Assembly: GCA_943787415.1 (NCBI GenBank)
Contig: CALSMI010000011.1
Location: 246,235 to 310,234, forward strand
Source of the DNA: an uncultured Rhizobiaceae group bacterium
GTDB taxonomy: Bacteria; Pseudomonadota; Alphaproteobacteria; Rhizobiales; Rhizobiaceae
Direction of reading: 5' to 3'
DNA: 64,000 bases
Shown: positions 39,879 through 49,636 of the stretch, one piece after another
Numbering within the stretch: the first letter of the stretch is position 1
Layout of the letters: every line of letters begins with the position of its first letter
Translations under genes and position numbers: made by a program
Notes under the pieces: generated by a model
Database searches by the model: none
The model's input: the letters and a program-made list of their open reading frames with translations, nothing else
What the model was told of the DNA's origin: nothing

Positions 39879-40560
39879 TGATGCTGCTGCCGCGCCACAC
39901 GACGCGCTTTTGCTGGCCCGTCGCGGCGCAGCCTTCTTTGCCCGAAAACTCAATGAGCTGACGGACCCCGAACTTGACGGCCCGAGTGCGCGTGACGGCC
40001 TCAGCCGCCGCCACATCGTTAGTGAAGTCTGCCTGAGCGCCCGCACCTTGGCCATCGCGATCAAATCAGTGCGCGGCGGCCTGAGCGAAGACGAAGAGGC
40101 TTGGCAACCGAACATGCCGATGACGATAACCCTGCCGGCGCGGGCCTTGCGCTTTCTCTATACTCATAGCGACATCCATCTGAACGTGGAATTTCGCGAC
40201 CTGTCATCTTCGCAATGGGACACTTCGGTCGATCTCAACCGGCCAACCCCGCTGTACGACTTGCCAATGAAACGCGCCCAGGCTCTGTGGTTTGGAGTGC
40301 TCGACTTGAACGCCGGTGCGCTGCTCTCGGCCTTGCCAGAGCCGATTCGGCACCGGAGCTTTAAGCTCGTGGCGATCTGCGGCACCCCCCCCTTGCGGCC
40401 ATTGGGACACGCTCAGCTTGAAACTTATCAACGACTGCACCGAGCCCAAAGTGACATGGGACAATTCTACGCAACTCGACACTTCCGGCCTAGAGCCGAC
40501 CTAAAGCGTGATTTCCGGTTTACTATAGGTTTTCCTCGAAAGCTTGCCGTTCGATATTAG
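39871..40560 (+). CDS. maleylpyruvate isomerase-family (DinB/MDMPI_N-like) protein, tentative
   Basis: It lies directly after the gentisate dioxygenase gene. The N-terminal pattern ..FFARKLNELTDPELDGPSARDGLSRRHIVSEVCLSARTLAIAI.. resembles MDMPI_N domains. The start codon is unresolved because there is no ATG near the 5' end. Confidence 0.35.
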   Translation, partial: VGSDAAAAPHDALLLARRGAAFFARKLNELTDPELDGPSARDGLSRRHIVSEVCLSARTLAIAIKSVRGGLSEDEEAWQPNMPMTITLPARALRFLYTHSDIHLNVEFRDLSSSQWDTSVDLNRPTPLYDLPMKRAQALWFGVLDLNAGALLSALPEPIRHRSFKLVAICGTPPLRPLGHAQLETYQRLHRAQSDMGQFYATRHFRPRADLKRDFRFTIGFPRKLAVRY

Positions 40561-40724
40561 AAGCGAAATAGACATCCAATGTCGAGACAGCGGACAATCT
40601 ACCGCTTAATTAATTGAGGGCGCCTGAGAACGCCGGAGCAATAATCCACCAATGAATCGGCGATTTTGTTTCGCTGAGGCCGGAGTAAAACTCCGCCACT
40701 GATAGGCTCTCCGTTTTACCGGAG

Positions 40725-42230
40725 TTGTTGGTGAAGAGTGTGGATTTGTATGGTCGCGTACGCCGTGCCGTTTTGATTGACGGTATGAGCCGCCGTGAAG
40801 CGGCGCGTATATTTGGAATTGACCGTCGGACGGTTGATAAAATACTGAAGTTTTCCCTTCCGCCTGGGTATCGTCGTACCAAGCCCATTAAACGTCCCAA
40901 GCTCGATCCATTTGTCGGTATCATTGATGCCATTCTTGAGGCGGACAAATGCGTTCCCAAGAAGCAGAAGCATACGTCGAAACGGGTGTTTGAACGGTTG
41001 CGTGATGAATACGGCTACACCGGCGGCATCACGATTGTGAAGGACTACATCTACGCTTCAAAGCAGCGGCAGCGGGAGATGTTCGTACCGTTAGCTCATC
41101 CACCGGGCCATGCTCAGGCTGATTTTGGTGAAGCTCTTGCTGTCATTGGCGGCGTTGAGCGCAAGATCCACTTTCTGGTGATGGAGCTTCCGCATTCTGA
41201 TGCATGTTTCCTGAAGGCCTACCCAGCCGAGACAACGGAGGCGTTTTGTGACGCTCACGTGGCTGCGTTTGAGTTCTTCGGCGGGGTGCCTGTTTCGATC
41301 CTGTACGACAATACGAAGATCGCTGTTGCCCGTATTCTGGGTGATGGCAAGCGTAAACGCACCCGTGTGTTCTCGGAGCTGGTCTCGCACTATCTGTTTG
41401 AAGATCGCTTTGGTCGCCCCGGCAAAGGGAACGATAAAGGCAAGGTCGAGGGCATGGTTGGGTACACACGCCGCAATTTTATGGTGCCCAAGCCAAGGTT
41501 CGCCAGCTTCGACGATCTCAATGCCTATCTGGCAGGGCAATGCCGCAAGCGTATGGGCGACAAATTACGCGGCCACAAAGGCACAATTGGCGAACGGTTT
41601 GTGGCTGATGCAGAACAATTACAACCACTACCCGCCGTTCCCTACGATGCCTGCGACAAGCAATCGGTGCGCGTCAGTTCGCTGTCGCTGGTGCGGTACC
41701 GTGGCAATGACTATTCGGTTCCAACCCAATACGGCCATCAACAGGTTCTGGTACGCGGCTATGTTCATGAAGTGGTGATTGCCCATGGAACGGAGACGAT
41801 CGCTCGGCATCAACGGTCATGGGAGAAAGAGGACTACATCTTCGATCCGCTTCATTACCTGGCCCTGCTTGAGCAAAAGACCAATGCTCTGGATCAGGCT
41901 GCACCACTTGCTGGCTGGGAGCTGCCGCAAAACTTCATCACCCTGCGCCGTCTTCTGGAAGCCCGGATGAGCAAGGCCGGGAAGCGCGAGTTCGTGCAAG
42001 TCTTACGGCTGCTGGAGACATTCGCAATGGCGGATGTGGAAGCAGGTGTCAAAAGTGCCCTTGAACGGGGAACCATTGGCTTTGATGCGGTCAAACATCT
42101 GGTGCTGTGTCGTATCGAGCGGCGTCCTCCACGGCTGGATATGACGGTCTATCCTTACCTGCCCAAGGCCCATGTCGCTGCCACATCTGCCGGTGATTAT
42201 ATGACACTGTTATCGGGGAACCAATCATGA
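40725..42230 (+). CDS. istA: IS21-family transposase IstA
   Basis: N-terminal HTH (GMSRREAARIFGIDRRTVDKIL), a DDE region (HAQADFGE... / YDNTKIAV.. / RPGKGNDKGKVE), 501 aa. Confidence 0.9.
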   Translation: MLVKSVDLYGRVRRAVLIDGMSRREAARIFGIDRRTVDKILKFSLPPGYRRTKPIKRPKLDPFVGIIDAILEADKCVPKKQKHTSKRVFERLRDEYGYTGGITIVKDYIYASKQRQREMFVPLAHPPGHAQADFGEALAVIGGVERKIHFLVMELPHSDACFLKAYPAETTEAFCDAHVAAFEFFGGVPVSILYDNTKIAVARILGDGKRKRTRVFSELVSHYLFEDRFGRPGKGNDKGKVEGMVGYTRRNFMVPKPRFASFDDLNAYLAGQCRKRMGDKLRGHKGTIGERFVADAEQLQPLPAVPYDACDKQSVRVSSLSLVRYRGNDYSVPTQYGHQQVLVRGYVHEVVIAHGTETIARHQRSWEKEDYIFDPLHYLALLEQKTNALDQAAPLAGWELPQNFITLRRLLEARMSKAGKREFVQVLRLLETFAMADVEAGVKSALERGTIGFDAVKHLVLCRIERRPPRLDMTVYPYLPKAHVAATSAGDYMTLLSGNQS

Positions 42231-42994
42231 CCGGAGGCACAAACGACACGCCACAATTGTTGCTGGCCCATCATCTCAAATCCCTTCGTCTGCCGACCTT
42301 CCTGCGGGAATACGACAAGGTGGCAAAGCTGTGTGCTGCCGAAGGTGTCGACCACACCCGCTATCTGCTGCGGCTAACGGAGTTGGAACTCATTGACCGG
42401 GAACGGCGGATGGTCGAACGGCGCATCAAAGGTGCAAAGTTCCCGACCACCAAGAGCCTCGACAGCTTTGACTTTAAAGCCATGCCATCCCTCAACAAGA
42501 TGATGGTCATGGAGCTGGCCCGGTGTGACTTTATCAACCGACAAGAGAACATCATTGCCGTTGGCAACAGCGGAACAGGCAAGACGCACATCGCAATTGG
42601 TCTGGGGTTGGCAGCCTGTCAGAAAGGCCTGTCTGTCGGCTTCATGACAGCATCGGCTTTGGTGCACGAACTTTTGGAGGCTCGTGACGAGAAACGGTTA
42701 CTGCGCCTGCAGAAACAGCTCGCCAAATACAGCCTGCTGATCATTGACGAACTGGGATATGTGCCGCTGTCGCCAACTGGGGCAGAACTGCTGTTTGAGG
42801 TCTTCTCCCAACGCTACGAGCGTGGCTCCACAGTCGTTACGTCCAACTTGCCATTCGATGAATGGACAAGCACATTTGGATCACAACGTCTCACCGGCGC
42901 ACTTCTAGATCGGCTGACACATCATGTTCATATCCTGGAGATGAACGGTGACAGTTATCGGCTGAAGCAGAGCAATCAATCCCTGAACGCCTGA
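42227..42994 (+). CDS. istB: IS21-family helper ATPase IstB
   Basis: Walker A GNSGTGKTH and Walker B LLIIDELGY, with the DnaA/IstB-like pattern ..SNLPFDEW... Overlaps istA by ATGA. Confidence 0.9.
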   Translation: MTGGTNDTPQLLLAHHLKSLRLPTFLREYDKVAKLCAAEGVDHTRYLLRLTELELIDRERRMVERRIKGAKFPTTKSLDSFDFKAMPSLNKMMVMELARCDFINRQENIIAVGNSGTGKTHIAIGLGLAACQKGLSVGFMTASALVHELLEARDEKRLLRLQKQLAKYSLLIIDELGYVPLSPTGAELLFEVFSQRYERGSTVVTSNLPFDEWTSTFGSQRLTGALLDRLTHHVHILEMNGDSYRLKQSNQSLNA

Positions 42995-43147
42995 CCATTC
43001 CCAAACAATCCGGCTTGACCACAGCCCCGCATAGCTTCGATGCTGTGGAAGGCACTGCGCTAAGCGGGTCTGGGGACAAACCTGCAATCGTGCAAAGTGG
43101 TGTATTTTTACTCCGGCCAATGGTGGAATTTTAGTCCGGCGTTGACA

Positions 43148-43658
43148 CATAGATCATAGACCGCAGGAGGCCAATGATCGCAGTCAGTTGGGGCATTGGG
43201 AGGGAGATCTGGTCCACTTCACAAACAAGAACGACATTCTCCTCACCCTGCAGGAACGCAAGTCCCGTTATTGGATCATGCAACGGGTGCCGCGACGTGA
43301 CAGCGAGACTGTCTCCAACGCCATCATCGACGCACTCCATCCCTTTCCAAGCCAACTGCTCAAATCAATTACACATGATAACGGCGGTGAATTTGCCAAA
43401 CACAAAGCCGTGGAAGAAAAGCTGGGGTTGCCTGCCTATTTCTGTGAACCGCACAGTCCGTGGCAACGCGGGGCAATCGAAAATGGAAACGGCAGGGTGC
43501 GTATCGACCTGCCGCGCAGAACCAAACTCGAAAACTACACGGACAGGGACATCCAGGATTTGGCCCTGTTATACAACAACACACCCAGAAAATGTCTGGG
43601 ATACCGAACGCCAGCAGAAGCAATCATAAACGAAATAGGTGCGGCACTTGAAATGTGA
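43148..43658 (+). pseudogene. IS30-family transposase, C-terminal catalytic half only
   Basis: The frame is open from the first base after the IS21 end: IDHRPQEANDRSQLGHWEGDLV...THDNGGEFAKH...FCEPHSPWQRGAIENGNG... These are the IS30 DDE motifs. The N-terminal HTH half is absent on the other side of the IS21. Confidence 0.8.
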
Positions 43659-43971
43659 ATCCAGCACCCGCTCAATGAACATTGGTATAGAACTGCAATA
43701 TCGCTCGACATGTTGTCACGAGGCTGGACCAATGCTTATTCGTTGCGGTCATAAGTTCCGGTGACAACGGCTGCACCACCAGTATTTCCACCATGGTTCA
43801 ACACTCTTGAAACAATGAAGCGTTGAGGCGTTCATCGGACGATTTTGTCCCCCATGTGTCCCCCACAACCGTTTTTCTGAAACGTATAAATTGAGCGTAT
43901 TGTTCAACAGTTTGAAATCAAAGAAGTTAATTGGCTGTGCAGGCAGTCTCCTGCTATCCAGTCTTCCCCCG

Positions 43972-44141
43972 TTTTCCCTGTTTAACAGGGAAAATACAGG
44001 GAAAAGTAGCAAGATTTGCACCAACTTCTGGAATCCGTTACGAATAGATCAGTAATTACAGAGCATTATGGGAATATTCCCTAAAAAAATAACAGGGAAA
44101 TTGAAATCGATAACAGGGAATATTTTGGTCTAAACAGGGAA
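43972..44141. repeat. iteron-like array of AACAGGGAA boxes
   Basis: A perfect 23-bp palindrome TTTTCCCTGTT-T-AACAGGGAAAA lies at 43972-43994. ACAGGGAAAA repeats 11 nt later (43996-44005). The palindrome GGGAATATTCCC lies at 44070-44081. Three direct (A)TAACAGGGAA boxes at 44091, 44112 and 44133 are spaced exactly 21 bp apart. Confidence 0.8.
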
Positions 44142-44390
44142 GTTACGGAACGTTTTTGTAAGTTATTTCACCAGACAAGTCGGGCGATTTTGCGCTCAAC
44201 TCATTCCGATTGAACCACCAATGCCGAGTTCATTTATGTCGCCAAACGTCTGTTGTTGCCAGGAAGTGATTGCGGACCACCTCGACTTATTTGGAATTGC
44301 TCTGGCTCATTCGAAAACAATTGCCCGATGCCGACTCCAGTCGTGGAGTTAACATGACAATGCCCAGTACCGGGGTTCGAGGCTTTGAAA

Positions 44391-45284
44391 CTACGATTGC
44401 TGAGATTTCATCCTCCTCTCCCTGAACGCAATAAATAAAGCGGAGGAGAAGATAACTGTGGCGCCGATCCAGGTGTAGAGATCCGGTGTTTCGGAGAAGA
44501 ACCATACACCCAACAGGGCGGTCCAGATTATCTTCAAAAAATCAAATGGCATTACAGAGGTTGGTTCAGTCTCCTTCAGGGACTGACTGAGAGAAAATTG
44601 TGCAGCGGTTCCGGTCAAGCCGATGATCACCAACCAAAACAGGTTTTCGTTGGTGAATGGTTGCCAAACCCAAAGCGCAGGAAACAGAGAGAATATACAT
44701 AAAAACACGCCCATCCATGCGACGATGGACAGGCTGGTTTCCGTGCGTGAAAGAATCTTTATCAGGATCATCGCAACGGCCCACAAGGCGGCCGAGCTGG
44801 CGGCTAAAAGTCCCCCCGTGTCGAGCGCGATAAATCCCGGTCTCAGGATGATCAACATGCCGAGAAAACCTGCAGCAATTGCCAGCCATCTATACAATCG
44901 AAATTTTTCACCCAACACCACAATGCTCAAGACGGCCATGAAAATTGGCGCGGTAAAACTCAAGGCGGTCACTTTCGCCAAAGGGGTGATCGACAGGGCA
45001 GTGAAGAACATCAGCATAGCGGCAATATTGATCAGGCCGCGCAGTGCGTGAAGACCTATGCGACGGGTTCGAAACATTTCGAACTTGGATTGAACAAGCA
45101 GAGGTATCAGGAATGCCAGGCCGAAGAGGTTTCGAAAAAAAGCTATCTGAAAGGGGGGCAGATCCGACGATACATATCTGACTGCGGCATGCATGATCGC
45201 AAATGCCACGGTGGAAACACACATCAACAGGACCCCACGCACGACACCCGATTGCCGGTGCCAAGCGTCACTCAAAACATGCAT
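44391..45284 (-). CDS. EamA/DMT family transporter
   Basis: 297 aa, 10 predicted hydrophobic helices, duplicated EamA architecture. Confidence 0.7.
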   Translation of the reverse strand: MHVLSDAWHRQSGVVRGVLLMCVSTVAFAIMHAAVRYVSSDLPPFQIAFFRNLFGLAFLIPLLVQSKFEMFRTRRIGLHALRGLINIAAMLMFFTALSITPLAKVTALSFTAPIFMAVLSIVVLGEKFRLYRWLAIAAGFLGMLIILRPGFIALDTGGLLAASSAALWAVAMILIKILSRTETSLSIVAWMGVFLCIFSLFPALWVWQPFTNENLFWLVIIGLTGTAAQFSLSQSLKETEPTSVMPFDFLKIIWTALLGVWFFSETPDLYTWIGATVIFSSALFIAFRERRMKSQQS

Positions 45285-45811
45285 ACAGAGGAAGCAGCCA
45301 GAATTTAATGAAGGACGCTAATTGCTTATCAGAAAGTCGCCCCTGAACGAAGGAAAGAATTGTCACCGGCGTCCCGGCGATCGAGGTTCAAACGGACGTA
45401 TGCTGCCCCCGGAGATTGAGAAAATTCGAAATTACCCTGATCAACCCCGCACTGGATGAAGAGGGAGTTGCGGTGCGTCTTTCATCAACCGGTTTTGCGG
45501 GTTTCCCCGTTGCAGGCTGGGATGGTCATGAACTAACATTCGTCCCGGACCAAGGGAATCGGCTTGGTCAGAATCCAACTCAATCCATCCGTATCAAACC
45601 GATGAAGCGCCGCGTGAGCACATAAAGGATTGCCTGCAGACGCAAATCAGGGACTGCGAGCCACTTTGCCCGGCTCTACCCAGCATGTTTCAGGCTCAGA
45701 CTTCCAGACTCCCCAAATTGATGGGGAGCACCATGAAAAGTCAGCCAGACGCAAAGCTGTCAATCCGATCTAAATGGAGGCCGCGACGTTAAATTCGCAG
45801 GCGATCACAGA

Positions 45812-47671
45812 ATGAAAATCGATAGCCATTCTGGCGACGAGGCTGACGCTGACTGCATGTTTCGCCGGACATCTTCCGTCGATCTCCACGCCGGGCTGGG
45901 TGCCATTGCCCGCATAACGCGAATGGCGTTTCGATACCGCATTCGCGCCGGACTGGCTTTGATCGCGACGGTGGCCGCGGTGTTGATGCAGTTATCGATA
46001 CCCGTGCTTTTGGGACGCGCGGTTGACGAGACTCAATCTGTTGCTGCGGCAAAAGCTGAACCAGAAACGCTCTATGGCATCGCAATTCTGTTGTTTGTGG
46101 CCAGCGTCGCGCGGGGAATATTCACACTCGTGCAAAACTACACCGCCGAATCCGTTGGCCATTTATTGGCGCGCGATATTCGCAATGCAGTTTATGGCAA
46201 AATTCAAAGTCTGCCCTTTTCCTTCCATGACCGAACCCATTCGGGTGATTTGATCACCGTCGGCATGTTGGACCTGGAAGGCGTGCGCATGTATTTTTCA
46301 ACCGCCCTGGTACGCACCGTTCTTCTGGGATTGTTGATCGGACTGGGGGCCACTTTGTTGTTGTCCACCAACCTGACCCTTGGCCTGCTGGCCCTGTCCT
46401 TCGTGCCATTTGCAGCGTGGCGCAGTACGGTCATGCGACTGATGCTGCGCCGGACCTGGCTCATTTTGCAGGAGCGGCTGGGGGTTTTGAGCCAGGTGAT
46501 GGAGGAAAGCCTTGCCGGCATTCGCGTGGTCCGGGCATTTGCCGCGTCGGATCATGAAATGGACAAGTTCGAAACCGCCTCTAAATCGGCGCTGGAGCTC
46601 AGTCACAAGCGGATTGAGACTCGGGTCAACAACACATCGGCAATGACACTGGCATTCTTTGCCGCCATGGGGCTGGTGTTGTTCTTCGGTGGCCGGCAGG
46701 TGGCGTCAGGCGAAATCACCCTGGGCACGCTGGCGACTTTCCTGACCTTTATGACCATCCTACAGATGCCGGTGCGCCAGCTGGGCATGATGGTGAACGG
46801 GTATGCGCGCGCCTCAACTTGCGGTGCTCGCCTGTTTGCGCTGATTGATCACGAAACCGAAATAGACGACGCACCCGGTGCCAAGGATCTTGAGATCAGT
46901 GACGGCACACTCAAACTTGAAAATGTCAGTTTCGCCTATGCAAAAGACAGCGACCGACAGGCCGTATCCAATATCGGTTTTGAGGCCCGCAAGGGGGAAA
47001 CCATCGGCATTGTTGGCCCGCCCGGTTCAGGCAAGACAACATTGATGCATTTGATCCCACGTTTTTACGACCCCTCCAAAGGCACAATCAGCATCGACGG
47101 ACAAGACATTAAGGACGCCACCCTGTCGTCGGTTCGGCAGGCCGTTGCTGTGGTTCAGCAGGACAGTTTCCTGTTCACTACATCAATTGAGAACAACATC
47201 GCCTATGCCGATCCATTCACCGAAGACCGGCAAATTCGCAGCGTTGCGGAATCGGCACAGTTGCACGACTACGTCCTTGGCCTGCCCGGTAAATATGGAA
47301 CCATTGTCGGTGAGCGCGGGGTTTCCCTGTCGGGTGGTCAACGCCAACGACTGGCGATTGCCCGAACTTTGATGAAGCAGCCAGCGGTGCTGATTTTCGA
47401 CGATTCCACCGCCGCCATTGATGCCGGTACCGAAAACCGCATCAGAGCGGCATTGAAAGAATATGCCAAGGATCGGGTCACGCTGATTGTTGCTCACCGG
47501 CTTGCCAGCCTGATGCATGCCGACAGAATTCTGTTTCTCGAAGCGGGGAAGATCGTCGAACAGGGCAGCCATGAAGAATTATTGAAACTGGGGGGGCGCT
47601 ATAGTGACCTGCACGATTTGCAGATGAGCCCGGGGGCCGAGATGCTCAACCAACAGGAAGTTCGCAGATGA
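45812..47671 (+). CDS. ABC exporter, fused permease/ATPase subunit 1
   Basis: Six-TM exporter domain, then Walker A GPPGSGKTT, signature LSGGQRQRLAIAR, and Walker B VLIFDDSTAAID. The true start is probably internal (MFRR.. or MAFRY..). Confidence 0.85.
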   Translation: MKIDSHSGDEADADCMFRRTSSVDLHAGLGAIARITRMAFRYRIRAGLALIATVAAVLMQLSIPVLLGRAVDETQSVAAAKAEPETLYGIAILLFVASVARGIFTLVQNYTAESVGHLLARDIRNAVYGKIQSLPFSFHDRTHSGDLITVGMLDLEGVRMYFSTALVRTVLLGLLIGLGATLLLSTNLTLGLLALSFVPFAAWRSTVMRLMLRRTWLILQERLGVLSQVMEESLAGIRVVRAFAASDHEMDKFETASKSALELSHKRIETRVNNTSAMTLAFFAAMGLVLFFGGRQVASGEITLGTLATFLTFMTILQMPVRQLGMMVNGYARASTCGARLFALIDHETEIDDAPGAKDLEISDGTLKLENVSFAYAKDSDRQAVSNIGFEARKGETIGIVGPPGSGKTTLMHLIPRFYDPSKGTISIDGQDIKDATLSSVRQAVAVVQQDSFLFTTSIENNIAYADPFTEDRQIRSVAESAQLHDYVLGLPGKYGTIVGERGVSLSGGQRQRLAIARTLMKQPAVLIFDDSTAAIDAGTENRIRAALKEYAKDRVTLIVAHRLASLMHADRILFLEAGKIVEQGSHEELLKLGGRYSDLHDLQMSPGAEMLNQQEVRR

Positions 47672-49562
47672 GCCAGGCGAGTAACGGAGAGCCGCGGGAT
47701 CACCATGAGGACGAACGTCCGCGCATGCGAGCAGTTGTCGGGTCTGACCGTATCGAGGAAGAAATATTTGGCCGGGTATTTGACGGCAAGGTTACACGAC
47801 GGATTTGGCAATTTGTCCGCCCCTACAAGCGGCATGTATCGATTTCGGTGGCTGCCGTGGTTGCATTTACCGGCTCCCAGCTGACGATCCCGCTTTTAAT
47901 CCGCTATGCCATCGACCATGGTATGGCACCTGGGGCGGCGCCCTCGGTACTGGTCCAAATCATCGCCATTTTCGCGGTCGTCGTTGTCCTGAATTTCGTC
48001 GCGTCGCGGGTCCAGGAAAACGTCACCGGACGCATGGCCGAGAACGTTCTGTTCGACATACGTCGCGCCATGTTTGGCCATCTGCAGCGTGTATCGCTTT
48101 CCTTCATGGACAAAACCGAAGTCGGACGATTGATGTCGCGGTTGCAAGGTGATGTGAATTCGATGCAGGAATTTCTTGAGACGTCAGTTCTGGCTGTCGG
48201 GGACATACTGTTGCTCTTCGGTATCGTCGCAGCGATGTTGTGGCTGGATTGGCAATTGGCATTGATGGTGCTGACGGTTATCCCGATCTTGTTGGGCGTC
48301 CGCATCTTGTGGCTGACCCGGGCCCGGGCGGCATTCATGGCGGCCCATGAGGCAAATTCGATCACCAATGGAGCCCTGGCAGAGGCGATACACGGGGTGC
48401 GCGCCGTTCAGGCCATGGATCGCGCCAGGCTGAACGAAAAACTCTACGGTCAGCTTGTAGACAATACATTCAACGCTCAGTTGCGAGCTTCAAAATTGGC
48501 CCAGATCATGATCCCGATCGTCGATACTCTGACCGGCAGCGCCATGGCAGTTGTCGCCGTTGCCGGTGGGCTCATGGTTGTTTCTGAACGCATCGAAGTG
48601 GGTGTTATGGTGGCGTTCCTGTTCTACATCCAGCGGTTTTTTGACCCGATCCGTTCACTGACAATGCAGTATTCCGTGATGCAACGCGCCATGGCCTCCG
48701 GTCACCGGCTGACGGAGGTTCTTGATGTCGAGGTGGATGTTGAAGATGCTGCCGATGCAACACCGCTTGGGGAAGATGATGACGGATCGGTTGAATTTCG
48801 CAATGTGACCTTCGGCTATGATCACAAAAACCCGGTGCTCAAAGGTGTCAGTTTCAGCGTGAAATCTGGTGAGACAGTGGCGTTGGTGGGGCCAACGGGC
48901 TCCGGAAAATCAAGTTCAATGGCACTGATTCACCGCTTCTATGATGTGCAGGACGGCGCTGTGTTGGTTGCTGGCAAGGATGTGAGAAGTGTCACCCAAC
49001 AAAGCCTTGGGCGGCATATCGCCATGGTTCTGCAGGAGCCCTATCTTTTCACCGGCACGGTGCGTGAAAAACATTCGCTATGCTGCCGATTGGGCCGACG
49101 ACGAGGCGGTGGTTGAGGCTGCTATTGCCGTGGGTGCACATGAATTCATCGAAGCCTTGCCGCAGGGCTATGACACGATGTTGGCCGAACGAGGCGGCAA
49201 TCTGAGCCTTGGGCAACGCCAGCTTTTGAGTTTTGCCCGCGCCCTGGTGGCTGATGCAAAAATACTGGTGCTGGACGAGGCGACGGCCAATATCGACAGC
49301 TATACCGAAATGCAGATTCAAAAAGCTCTCCAGCGGCTGCTGGAGGGGCGCACCGGTTTGGTCATCGCCCACCGCCTGGCGACAATCCGCAACGCCGACC
49401 ACATCATCGTGCTGCAACAGGGGCCAGGTCGTTGAGCAGGGCGGGCACGATGCACTTGTCGCGCAGGGCGGGCTTTATGCGCAACTTTACAAGCTTAATT
49501 ATGCCAGCTTTGATGACCTGCCTGATCAATTGACCGACGAAGACCGGGCGCTTGCCACCTGA
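47668..49562 (+). pseudogene. ABC exporter subunit 2, interrupted by two +1 frameshifts
   Basis: Frame 1 reads through GPTGSGKSS...LQEPYLFTGTVRE. The expected NIRYAADW...LSLGQRQLLSFARAL...ILVLDEATANID...VIAHRLATI continues in frame 2 after the A5 run at 49067-49071. The expected GQVVEQGGHDALV...LYAQLY continues in frame 0 after the G4 run at 49420-49423. Confidence 0.8.
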
Positions 49563-49636
49563 ATCGCCCTCTCTTGCGGCCGAAATATATAAGCTTGGTT
49601 GCTGGATTTAATTGCGGATTTTTGGGATAAATCAAC

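Larger units (their letters stand above)
40625..43147 (+). mobile_element. IS21-family insertion sequence (2523 bp)
   Basis: Terminal IRs TGAGAACGCCGGAGCAATAATCCACCAATG and TGTCAACGCCGGACTAAAATTCCACCATTG (reverse of 43147) match 23/30, starting TG and ending CA. Each end also has an internal sub-terminal repeat GCCGGAGTAAAA. It carries istA and istB. No flanking direct repeat is present. Confidence 0.8.

Noticed and set aside
43749-44024. A 91-aa minus-strand ORF overlapping the start of the AACAGGGAA array.
   Set aside because: It has no RBS or motif. Its open frame is explained by the repeat-rich, stop-poor sequence, so the region is better described as a non-coding binding-site array.
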